The notes under the pieces: generated by a model | The model's database searches: none | The model's input: the letters and a program-made list of their open reading frames with translations, nothing else | Told to the model about the DNA's origin: nothing | Part shown: piece after piece, positions 18,120 to 25,780 of the stretch | Position numbering within the stretch: position 1 is the first letter of the stretch | Layout: each line of letters opens with the position of its first letter | Virus genome (UHGV): UHGV-0105325 | Direction: 5' to 3' (one strand) | From: a virus | DNA length: 48,561 bases | Program-made: the position numbers and the translations under genes

Positions 18120-18427
18120 GTGGTACATCAAAGCGAGAAAATACTATGAGCTTCACCGGAAACACACAAGCCGGAACATTGATAGCAAGCGGGACGACAG
18201 TGACAGGATTGATGACTAAGTATGGTATCACCCCGGAAACTATCGGTATCTTTGCCACCCTGTGCGGTATTCTGTTGACCATCGTAATGATTTACGGCCA
18301 CATACGGCGAATTCGTAATGAGTCCGCCGAGCGTAAGGAAAAGGAAATCATTGCTCGTCTGGAGGCTGAACGAGCACAGCTTGAACTTGATGAATTGCGT
18401 CGGCGCGTATCAAATCCGGCGCAGTGA
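18116..18427 (+). CDS. membrane protein, possible holin/antiholin partner
   Basis: 103 aa with a single TMD IGIFATLCGILLTIVMIYG and a charged coiled C-terminus. Coupled to the previous ORF. Confidence 0.45.
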   Translation: MSGTSKRENTMSFTGNTQAGTLIASGTTVTGLMTKYGITPETIGIFATLCGILLTIVMIYGHIRRIRNESAERKEKEIIARLEAERAQLELDELRRRVSNPAQ

Positions 18428-18442
18428 CGCGCCGGTAGTTTG

Positions 18443-18655
18443 TTACCATTCCGCAAGCAGGACGGGGTCGATTGCATCATTGAAACGTTCAATGGGGTCA
18501 TAGAAGAATAAGTTCTCGCAGTTTTGACAAACTGTAATTTCCTTTTCATCATCGTCCCCGTGCGTACCGATGGCGACACCCTTATCGTTTACTAACCAAC
18601 ATTTCAAACCGCACTCAGGGTCATTTCTGTCAACTGCTTTGTATAATTCACTCAT
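18443..18655 (-). CDS. small Cys-containing protein
   Basis: 70 aa. First gene after the promoter at 18680-18718. Two CxxC-like pairs. Confidence 0.55.
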   Translation of the reverse strand: MSELYKAVDRNDPECGLKCWLVNDKGVAIGTHGDDDEKEITVCQNCENLFFYDPIERFNDAIDPVLLAEW

Positions 18656-18679
18656 CTTCTCTACCCTCTCTGTTGTTGA

Positions 18680-18718
18680 TATGACTAACTCTAAACTACT
18701 TTGACGCGCTCGTCAACG
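18680..18718 (-). promoter_or_regulatory. early promoter with palindrome TGACGcgctCGTCA (18702-18715); -35 TTGACG, -10 TAGAGT
   Basis: Leader is identical to that of the 5850 promoter (tagagttagtcatatcaacaacag). Confidence 0.7.
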
Positions 18719-19289
18719 GTAAAACTAACTTTTCCGCTTCTTTCACGTAATACTCGTAGTCCAGACTACTCCAGTCGAAGTCTTTAGCGTCGGCGCACTC
18801 TGTTACCTTCCATCCGACATACATCCCGGTTTCACGTACTGCATCATGCTTGCTGCGACTCTTCGTGTGGATACGCTCGTCCCACGGTGTACCGATGCTG
18901 TCAAGTTCTCCCGGTTGACCAGTAATCTCACGCATTACCGCGTTGTACACGTCGTCTTTGATACCATTCTTGCGCTTCCATGTACCCGGTACACCGGTTG
19001 GCGGTAACAGTTTGACCAGTGACCCACCGTTACGCGAGATAAACACACGTGTGGTATTCTGCATCTCCTGTTCAGCGCCCCATTCCGGCCAGCGCATAAC
19101 CAGACGTGCAGAACGCGGTACTTTAGCGCGCAACATAAAGTCGAACGGGTCACGATGCTGCGTGATGAACGTGCGGATGTCCTCACCGTATACGAGGGCG
19201 GCTTCGGCAGCGCGGGCAATAATCATTGCCGATGGGTCCTGATGCCACTGGTATTTGTACTCGTAACACCCTTTTCTTTTAATTTTCAT
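18696..19289 (-). CDS. probable C-terminal (thumb) segment of the family-B DNA polymerase; carries a TPWDERIH module
   Basis: Begins KIKRKGCYEYKY (KxY-like) right after the HNH gene that follows the polymerase N-part. Shares a ~45-aa module with ORF 24133-25041. Confidence 0.45.
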   Translation of the reverse strand: MKIKRKGCYEYKYQWHQDPSAMIIARAAEAALVYGEDIRTFITQHRDPFDFMLRAKVPRSARLVMRWPEWGAEQEMQNTTRVFISRNGGSLVKLLPPTGVPGTWKRKNGIKDDVYNAVMREITGQPGELDSIGTPWDERIHTKSRSKHDAVRETGMYVGWKVTECADAKDFDWSSLDYEYYVKEAEKLVLPLTSASK

Positions 19290-19824
19290 ATTTCCATGAC
19301 TCCCGCTTTGCGTGATTGGGGTGATAATTTAAATCGCGCTCAGCTTGCTTGCGAACGGCGATTGCCTCATTCTTATCTCTGAATGTGCCCAAGTGATAAC
19401 GAACCCCTTCATGTGATATACGTACTAACCATCCCGCACCATTTCTTGTAACACCTCTGCACCCGGAGGTGTTATCTTTGCGTTCACCCTGATTCCTGGC
19501 ATTCTCAAAAGCCGTAACAAGACGTAAATTTTCCCAGCGGTTATCCTTTCGATTACCATTGATATGGTCAATTTCACCATTCGGATGTTCACCCGTCATA
19601 TATAACCACACGAGGCGATGTACGAGAAACATCAACCCAAAACAATTCGTCCAGTAATAGCCTCTATTATTACAATCCCTTATTGGTGAATATATTGATT
19701 TGGGTTTACCATAACTATCGTATCTCTTTATTCTTGCGAATTCCCCAGTCGTGGGATTATAAGTGAAATGTTCTTTTAATAACTCCAGAGACATTTCTTC
19801 TCTACATTTCAATTTCCACATCAT
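19279..19824 (-). CDS. HNH homing endonuclease with AP2 DNA-binding domain
   Basis: HNH motif EIDHINGNRKDNRWENLRLVT...N plus AP2 GVTRNGAGWLVRISHEGVRYHLGTF. AT-rich. Confidence 0.75.
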   Translation of the reverse strand: MMWKLKCREEMSLELLKEHFTYNPTTGEFARIKRYDSYGKPKSIYSPIRDCNNRGYYWTNCFGLMFLVHRLVWLYMTGEHPNGEIDHINGNRKDNRWENLRLVTAFENARNQGERKDNTSGCRGVTRNGAGWLVRISHEGVRYHLGTFRDKNEAIAVRKQAERDLNYHPNHAKRESWKYEN

Positions 19825-19879
19825 TGTCTCATACCGTTGCGATTTGTTTATACCATCCTAAATTTTCTTTTGTTCGATG

Positions 19880-21403
19880 TCAACAAATGGTCATTATGTA
19901 ATTGTTCACATCACGCTGATAAAGAGATTTTACTTCGTCCGTCTCAAGTCCCAACATTGTGTCTTTCTCCCATTCCGCACAAATAGATTCAACTAACGAA
20001 TCATATTGTTCGGGGTAGTACATGACGGCCCCGTCAGTATTCGATTGCGGGATAATCATGTCTGGAACTCGCGTTATCAATCTATCAATCAACATTGCCA
20101 AACAAAGTTGCCCCGTAATGGTGATACTCAGAAGACACTTGTGGTCGCAGAATGGGCTGAATTTACTCCCCATGTTCCCGAATGTGCCGTTGAGGGCGAG
20201 TTTCAATGCGGCATCAACTGTTTTATCTCCCGCTCGCTTAGCATCACGGCGACGAATGAACAGTTGTTCGTATACATCACAAAAAGTTTCACTAAGGTGT
20301 TCCGGATAGTACCTGTTCTTTATACTAATGGACGGGTACATGCTTGTAACATCTTTATTTTTCAATAACTTACCGTTGCCGGAATGCACAACGTAGTTCG
20401 GAATACTACTGTGAATACCTCCCAATCCGAACGAATATTCGACACCATCGACCACGACGGTCATATCACTAAACACACCTTTTGTGGTCAGCAATTCGTC
20501 CTGCTGTTTCTTTGTGAGTACAACCCCACGAATGCGTTCCAGAATTTGATTGAACTCCGGTCGTTCGAATTTGATATAAGGGGGAATGCAATCTGCGAGA
20601 GCAATACGTTCACGAATGGTTACCCCGGAGCAATCTACCCCGGCCTTTTCCAGTTCGTGAACGAATATATCTTTGCCGATTTTTGTATCGGCGTGGTTCA
20701 TAAAGTTACGTCCGTATTGCTTTGTCAGTTCCTCGCGGAAATGAATTTTGTCGAGTGAACGTACAAAGAATTTAAGTGTTTCGCGAACGTCGTGCTTGTT
20801 GTATGCGATGAGAATGTCTTTCTGTGTATCGTCCAGCATCATTCCGACCAGGAATGGCAGGTCTTTTACGTTAGGGGACTGCATACCCACTTCCAACGCC
20901 TTCAGACTAGTGCGTCGGGCTTTATTATCGAAGTGGTTTATCTTGTACAGGTCAATCTGCTCGAAAATCTGATCGCGGTCCCATATAATTTCTGGCCACT
21001 GACCTTCGGGCTTAATCTGTGATTGCGCTTTTGCGTAAATCTGTTCCAGCGTACAACCCGGTGCATTGACCACGTAGTGCAGCACCGGATAGTCGAATGC
21101 CAGGTTATTAAATCCAATCCCACGGGCCATACTACGTCCCAGGTTGAACACAAATTCGATTAATTGCGGCTGCTCGTTTTTGCGGTCACTGATTTCGAAG
21201 ATTAACTCCATACCCGTCGCAGCGTGAATAAATGAGGCGGTAAATATATTCGGATATGTCTCGATGTCCCACCCCCAGTCCCGTGGGTCCAGTGGTGCAA
21301 TACTGGAGAACGCCGAATCAGCCCCACAGTGAGGGCAATTGTGGAGGTCAGCGGGATAATTTTTACCGCAAGTTGCATCCTCACATTTCGATAAATAGTG
21401 CAT
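19880..21403 (-). CDS. family-B DNA polymerase, N-terminal exonuclease + palm part (507 aa)
   Basis: N-terminal CxxC zinc finger. Exo I DIET, Exo II NNLAFD, Exo III YNKHD. Motif A DVTSMYPSI, motif B KLALNGTFG, motif C-like NTDG. The ORF ends 55 aa after motif C, i.e. before the expected KxY/thumb. Confidence 0.7.
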   Translation of the reverse strand: MHYLSKCEDATCGKNYPADLHNCPHCGADSAFSSIAPLDPRDWGWDIETYPNIFTASFIHAATGMELIFEISDRKNEQPQLIEFVFNLGRSMARGIGFNNLAFDYPVLHYVVNAPGCTLEQIYAKAQSQIKPEGQWPEIIWDRDQIFEQIDLYKINHFDNKARRTSLKALEVGMQSPNVKDLPFLVGMMLDDTQKDILIAYNKHDVRETLKFFVRSLDKIHFREELTKQYGRNFMNHADTKIGKDIFVHELEKAGVDCSGVTIRERIALADCIPPYIKFERPEFNQILERIRGVVLTKKQQDELLTTKGVFSDMTVVVDGVEYSFGLGGIHSSIPNYVVHSGNGKLLKNKDVTSMYPSISIKNRYYPEHLSETFCDVYEQLFIRRRDAKRAGDKTVDAALKLALNGTFGNMGSKFSPFCDHKCLLSITITGQLCLAMLIDRLITRVPDMIIPQSNTDGAVMYYPEQYDSLVESICAEWEKDTMLGLETDEVKSLYQRDVNNYIMTIC

Positions 21404-21416
21404 CTCTGTTCCTCTC

Positions 21417-21443
21417 TGTAAGAAAAGCCCCAGTTAAGGGGCT
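21417..21443 (-). terminator. rho-independent terminator (gcccc agttaa ggggc + U-run on minus strand)
   Basis: Hairpin followed by TTTTCTT on the minus strand, just upstream of the polymerase RBS. Confidence 0.6.
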
Positions 21444-21617
21444 AAACGATAATACTGTCACCTACTTTTAAAGCGAAGGCTTTGTTACGGTCTTTGTACC
21501 ACCTTTCGGTTGTGGATACGTGACCCTAGCAATTATATTCAATTTCAACACGCCACGTCTGATATTCTTCACACCAGACCGGCGTACCGACAGAAGTCAC
21601 GGTGGCGTCCAGACTGT

Positions 21618-21782
21618 TCATTGTCCAAACTCCTCCAGCGCTTCGTGTATGATGACAATTGAGTCATATTCACCACGTTTCTCATTGTAGAACTGACATT
21701 CTGCGCCGATGGTTGATGTGCGGATAACCACCATCACCGGTCCGCCACTTTTAAGAACTACCAGGTCGCCTACTCCGAACAT
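21618..21782 (-). CDS. YodC/DUF2158-like small protein (54 aa)
   Basis: MFGVGDLVVLKSGGPVMVV matches the YodC-type signature. ATGA-coupled to the upstream micro-ORF. Not in the ORF track. Confidence 0.5.
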   Translation of the reverse strand: MFGVGDLVVLKSGGPVMVVIRTSTIGAECQFYNEKRGEYDSIVIIHEALEEFGQ

Positions 21783-21901
21783 TTATTAAGCCCTCTCTGG
21801 TTGATGTATTCCCGGCGTTGCTCCTGCACCTGTTTAATAGCCTTTTCCAGTTCGGCTAACTTGTCATCAAACTGTTTTAGTCGTTGGTCTTGGTCGGTCA
21901 T
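21770..21901 (-). CDS. 43-aa coiled-coil micro-protein
   Basis: AGAGGG RBS; sequence MTDQDQRLKQFDDKLAELEKAIKQVQEQRREYINQRG. Its stop overlaps the next start. Confidence 0.35.
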   Translation of the reverse strand: MTDQDQRLKQFDDKLAELEKAIKQVQEQRREYINQRGLNKCSE

Positions 21902-21950
21902 GATGCACCCTCTCTGTTGAGTTACCCCGGCTCGCACCGGGGCGTTGTGG

Positions 21951-22763
21951 TTATGCTACTTTCTGACAGTGTTGTGCGATTAACTCTTCGCTCCAGCCAG
22001 GCATACTGAGTAACTGTGCTTTGGTATACACCGTGCCGTTGTAACTGTACTTCTCTTCGACAACCGGCGGAGGTGTTACCAGCAGGTCAGTTGCTGGCGG
22101 AGGTGTTGCGGGTGCCGGAGCAGCTGGGGTCGGGGTTGGTGCCATCTGTGCGGGTGCACTACCGCCGAACACACTTGCAGCATCCGGACCACTACCTTCA
22201 CGAACAATTGCTTCGCCAGGACGTGACAGTTCAAGCAGGTTCGGGTTCAGATACACGCCCGGAGTTTTGGACGGTTTATTACCTTTCGCCACGATGTTCA
22301 CACGAACGTAATCACCGAGTTTAATAGCATTTGCGTCCTGAATCGCATCGAGCGGGTTATATTTGCCGACATGATAACAGTTGTACGGAATGCGGGTGTT
22401 CAGGTGTAAGACCCAGTGGCCGCGTTTGTACGGGTCACTGTTCGGCGCGTGACCGGCTTTGTTCGGGATGTCGCTATCACCGTCGACCACCTTCCACGAG
22501 AAGTCTGCGCGGCGAGTAGTGCCAGCGTCATAACCGTTTTCAGCGTCCAGTGCCGCCATTACGATTTGTTTACCCCATTCAGTATCTTTCCAGTCTGCTT
22601 CACCGGTTTTGGGAATTGCGATACCGATGTAAATTTCTTTAACCGGTTGACCATCTTTACCGATAACCGGCTGCTTTGTGGCATCATCAGTGCGTACATT
22701 TTGCTTCAGCGGATGACCGTGAATCAGGCGAGCGACAGGGGTAACGAAAGTAAATTGAGCCAT
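21951..22763 (-). CDS. DUF2815-like phage ssDNA-binding / annealing protein
   Basis: 270 aa. N-terminus MAQFTFVTPVARLIHGH... Adjacent to a RecB/Cas4-like nuclease (a commonly paired module). C-terminal Pro/Ala-rich tail. Confidence 0.45.
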   Translation of the reverse strand: MAQFTFVTPVARLIHGHPLKQNVRTDDATKQPVIGKDGQPVKEIYIGIAIPKTGEADWKDTEWGKQIVMAALDAENGYDAGTTRRADFSWKVVDGDSDIPNKAGHAPNSDPYKRGHWVLHLNTRIPYNCYHVGKYNPLDAIQDANAIKLGDYVRVNIVAKGNKPSKTPGVYLNPNLLELSRPGEAIVREGSGPDAASVFGGSAPAQMAPTPTPAAPAPATPPPATDLLVTPPPVVEEKYSYNGTVYTKAQLLSMPGWSEELIAQHCQKVA

Positions 22764-22811
22764 CTTGTAAATCCTCTCTGCTAAGTGTGGGAGACCCTCT
22801 GTCTCCCGGTG

Positions 22812-22848
22812 ATTTGAATACTACGTTAGTTTGACGGGTACGTCAACA
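22812..22848 (-). promoter_or_regulatory. early promoter with palindrome TGACGggtaCGTCA (22832-22845); -10 TAGTAT
   Basis: Same geometry as the other family members. Confidence 0.65.
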
Positions 22849-22849
22849 A

Positions 22850-23974
22850 CTATTTTCGGGAAAACACATTTTTAATTGCACGTTCATCGACCTGTTCCAG
22901 CTTGACACCCGTGACGGGTGTTTCGGCGTACTGTTCAATAACGGACGGGTCGATACCTTTTTTCACACACTGTGCGGGTGTGTCCAGTTCCTGCGGCTTA
23001 CGCAAATTCTGACCGAGTAAATCCCCCATCATAATTACCTGGTCCACCGGAACATCTTTCTTCCAGCGCTTACGACCGTACGTGGTTTTAGCACTGTAGA
23101 ACGTCACGTGTTGCCCCTGCTTAATCTCGTGCAGCGCTTGTTCCTCCAGACCACTGAGGCGCATTTTAATCATCTCCTGCGCCCGTTGCAGGAGTCGCAA
23201 TTCAACACCCAGTGCATGACCGGACAGGTTGTGCGTCTGTAACGACTGTACGTAATCGATACCGACATAACTCTGTTGCTTCAGCGTGTCACAGTGTGCA
23301 CGCGCGCTACAATCGAGACAATGTGGTCCGGGTGTACACATCGGCGTGACATCCAGTACGCGGGACATCGTCTCGTTCACCTGCTGCCGGTATGCACACA
23401 ATTCATCATATGTGAGCGCCCATTTGCGCACCGTACCGTCACTGGTGAATCCGCGAGGCTGCACGATGACCAGTTCGATAATGTCCGGCGGTGTCTGGAA
23501 TTGTTCACAGATACTGAATGCTTCGATCAACAACTGCCAGTTTTCAAACGGGTCAACAATGCGATGACCGAATTTAGCATCCCAGACGCGTAACACCTTC
23601 CCTTCCGGTACATACACCCACGCATCGGGAATGCAGTACCAGTCGCCGTAACCCGGCACAGGACACGCTTCCTCAACGTGAAGGTCGTGCAGTCGCCCAT
23701 GCGTGTTACAGTAACCCCACACCTCGTTAAAATACTCACGGGCAGCGTCAAACAGTTCATCTGTTATGACAATTCCATCCTTTGACAAACTGCCCACCAG
23801 GTCACTGAATGACTCATTTTTAAATAACTTCTGAGCCACTTCGTGACATGCCCGGCCCTCAAGCCGGGATTGTGACGGTTCGACGTCCAGTGGCGGATAA
23901 GCCTGTTGCGCCCGGAATGACCCGTTACAGGTCATCCACTGATTCGCGTCGGATACTTTGGGTAAATTAGTCAT
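22850..23974 (-). CDS. RecB-family / Cas4-like PD-(D/E)XK exonuclease with C-terminal Cys cluster (DUF2800-like)
   Basis: Motifs VWDAKFG and QLLIEAF, plus C-terminal CTPGPHCLDCSARAHC. Start taken at the ATG coupled (ATGACTAA) to the upstream micro-ORF; the TTG at 24010 is an alternative. Confidence 0.6.
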   Translation of the reverse strand: MTNLPKVSDANQWMTCNGSFRAQQAYPPLDVEPSQSRLEGRACHEVAQKLFKNESFSDLVGSLSKDGIVITDELFDAAREYFNEVWGYCNTHGRLHDLHVEEACPVPGYGDWYCIPDAWVYVPEGKVLRVWDAKFGHRIVDPFENWQLLIEAFSICEQFQTPPDIIELVIVQPRGFTSDGTVRKWALTYDELCAYRQQVNETMSRVLDVTPMCTPGPHCLDCSARAHCDTLKQQSYVGIDYVQSLQTHNLSGHALGVELRLLQRAQEMIKMRLSGLEEQALHEIKQGQHVTFYSAKTTYGRKRWKKDVPVDQVIMMGDLLGQNLRKPQELDTPAQCVKKGIDPSVIEQYAETPVTGVKLEQVDERAIKNVFSRK

Positions 23975-24128
23975 AAATCCAACTCTCATCCACTGGGGTT
24001 CCATCTGCAAAACCTTTCGACCATATATACTTTTGACATTGTCCGAGTCGTCGAAATTTTTTGCCCAACGCGCACCATTTACCGTCGCTAGTCTTTACCG
24101 GGGATACTACTTCTCTATCGTCACCCAT
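23967..24128 (-). CDS. 53-aa small protein
   Basis: GGGGAG RBS. Its stop overlaps the nuclease ATG. Confidence 0.4.
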   Translation of the reverse strand: MGDDREVVSPVKTSDGKWCALGKKFRRLGQCQKYIWSKGFADGTPVDESWIYD

Positions 24129-24132
24129 CGTC

Positions 24133-25041
24133 TCACTCCCCCAAATGCGCTTTAACACGTGCCACGAACGGACCGATTTTATCCGGATGGGCGTTCAGTT
24201 CCTGCACCGACGACATGCCGTCCTGCGCCAGCAGCGTGTTCACTGTTGCCACATCAATCTTACCGTGACGCTCGGTCAGGAAGGTCATGAGGCGCGGGAA
24301 GTCCCATGTAGTTACTTCCGGTACCGGCGGTGCAACAACTACCGGCGGTGGTACAGGCAGTGGTGGAATACCCGCAACGGTTTGCTCAGTTACCACATCT
24401 ACATCAGTGTGGAAATCATCACCTGAGGGTGTTACAGGTGGTTCCAGCATCTTGTTGGAGGCTTCGATGAGTTCGTCGACTTCTTCCCGTGTCGGTTCGC
24501 TAATTTCCTCCCCCTCCCCACCACATTCAACCGGATATTGTAGGTCGGCTTTAATCATGCTCACGTAGTCGGACCATTCCAGTTCATCCATATCCTTCGG
24601 CTTACGACGCAGACGCCACGTACCGTCCGCATTGAGCGCCTTACTGGCGGAGTGAATACGCTCGTCCCACGGTGTACCGGTTGAGTCGCTGGTGGGTGGC
24701 GTTTGATCTTCATTGTCCACCATTGGTGCGGACAGCGACTCGACCTGTTGAGCGGTGGTGTCAACTTCCGGCTCTTTACGTTTACCATGTAGTTCGTCAC
24801 CTTCAAAACGCAACGCATCCATCATTTGCGGCGCGGCTTGCATTAATTCACCAGTGGCACCATTGAGACGCTCCAGCGCGGCAGTCGCTTCGCTCGTGTC
24901 AATGTTCAATTTATACGACAGTTCACCGACGGTCTTACGTGGCTCAGCACCATGCGCCAGTGCCATTTCTTCCAGTGCTTTACCAAACGCACGCAGTGCA
25001 ATGTGGTCGTCGTTCGGGATGGTTAAGGTGATATTACTCAT
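24133..25041 (-). CDS. acidic Pro-rich early protein carrying the TPWDERIH module
   Basis: First leftward early gene (GGAGG RBS). Low-complexity acidic linkers. Contains GTPWDERIHSASK...DMDELEWSDYVSMIKA, homologous to the module in ORF 18696-19289. Confidence 0.55.
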   Translation of the reverse strand: MSNITLTIPNDDHIALRAFGKALEEMALAHGAEPRKTVGELSYKLNIDTSEATAALERLNGATGELMQAAPQMMDALRFEGDELHGKRKEPEVDTTAQQVESLSAPMVDNEDQTPPTSDSTGTPWDERIHSASKALNADGTWRLRRKPKDMDELEWSDYVSMIKADLQYPVECGGEGEEISEPTREEVDELIEASNKMLEPPVTPSGDDFHTDVDVVTEQTVAGIPPLPVPPPVVVAPPVPEVTTWDFPRLMTFLTERHGKIDVATVNTLLAQDGMSSVQELNAHPDKIGPFVARVKAHLGE

Positions 25042-25069
25042 GTCTCTCTGTCCTCCATTGTTGTCGATG

Positions 25070-25106
25070 TGGTGAACTCTATACCACCATGACGCACTCG
25101 TCAACA
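25070..25106 (-). promoter_or_regulatory. leftward early promoter with palindrome TGACGcactCGTCA (25090-25103); -10 TAGAGT
   Basis: Centre of the divergent early control region. Confidence 0.7.
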
Positions 25107-25118
25107 CTAATTTTAAAT

Positions 25119-25155
25119 TTGACACGGGGAGGGTGGTGCGACATAATGACGCTAT
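25119..25155 (+). promoter_or_regulatory. rightward early promoter TTGACA-17-CATAAT
   Basis: Near-consensus sigma70 hexamers 13 bp to the right of the palindrome. Confidence 0.65.
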
Positions 25156-25181
25156 CGTCAATGACAATGGAGAGTGGAGAG

Positions 25182-25400
25182 ATGGGTGACAACGACTACA
25201 GGGTGAGAGCAACCCGGGCAGAACAAGAAGCGGCAAGATTGCGTGAAGAATTAGCGAAACGACCTAATTATGAGTGGTTTGTTGAACTGGTTCGCAAACA
25301 TTTGAAACAAGGGGAAGGTGTTTGTCCTCAGCATTTAGCACATCAGGTTAAACAACTGAAAGAGGCGAGTACCAAACGTAGACAAAATCGGGAGGTATAA
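25182..25400 (+). CDS. 72-aa charged coiled-coil early protein
   Basis: First ATG after the rightward promoter with GGAGAGTGGAGAG RBS. The longer track ORF start lies upstream of the predicted transcription start. Confidence 0.5.
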   Translation: MGDNDYRVRATRAEQEAARLREELAKRPNYEWFVELVRKHLKQGEGVCPQHLAHQVKQLKEASTKRRQNREV

Positions 25401-25403
25401 GAG

Positions 25404-25601
25404 ATGACTAAAAACACTACTGCTTATTGGAGTTTATCACTCGATGTCACCTGTCCGAAATGCGGTCATTATTTCGACTTATTGTGTGACCCGGATTTTT
25501 GGGAATTCTCCGGCGCGAAACAAGCTTGTGAACCGATTGAAGGTTATGAAACTTGCTGTCCAGAGTGCGACCACCAATTTCAAACCGATTTCGTGTATTG
25601 A
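25404..25601 (+). CDS. zinc-ribbon protein (CPKC...CPEC)
   Basis: 65 aa with two CxxC pairs. Confidence 0.55.
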   Translation: MTKNTTAYWSLSLDVTCPKCGHYFDLLCDPDFWEFSGAKQACEPIEGYETCCPECDHQFQTDFVY

Positions 25602-25609
25602 GGTGCCAC

Positions 25610-25780
25610 ATGAAAATTAAACAACTACTCCGACCGTCTTACGGCTGGTACAAGTCGACCAGTCAGAAGGACAAATGGTTCCTCGACGATGTGCAGATAC
25701 CGATGGATGTGGCACGTAAATTAATCAGAAAAGCACGCATGGTCGAGTCGAACAGCGTGCGCAAAGTGTGGGAGATGTGA
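25610..25780 (+). CDS. 56-aa basic protein
   Basis: GAGGTG RBS. Its stop overlaps the helicase ATG (TGATG). Confidence 0.45.
   Translation: MKIKQLLRPSYGWYKSTSQKDKWFLDDVQIPMDVARKLIRKARMVESNSVRKVWEM

Noticed and set aside
19290-19879. Group I intron carrying the HNH ORF inside the polymerase gene
   Set aside because: The interval between the two polymerase ORFs is about 590 nt, of which 546 nt is the endonuclease ORF. That leaves no room for a ~250-nt catalytic intron core, so a free-standing endonuclease between split ORFs is more likely.
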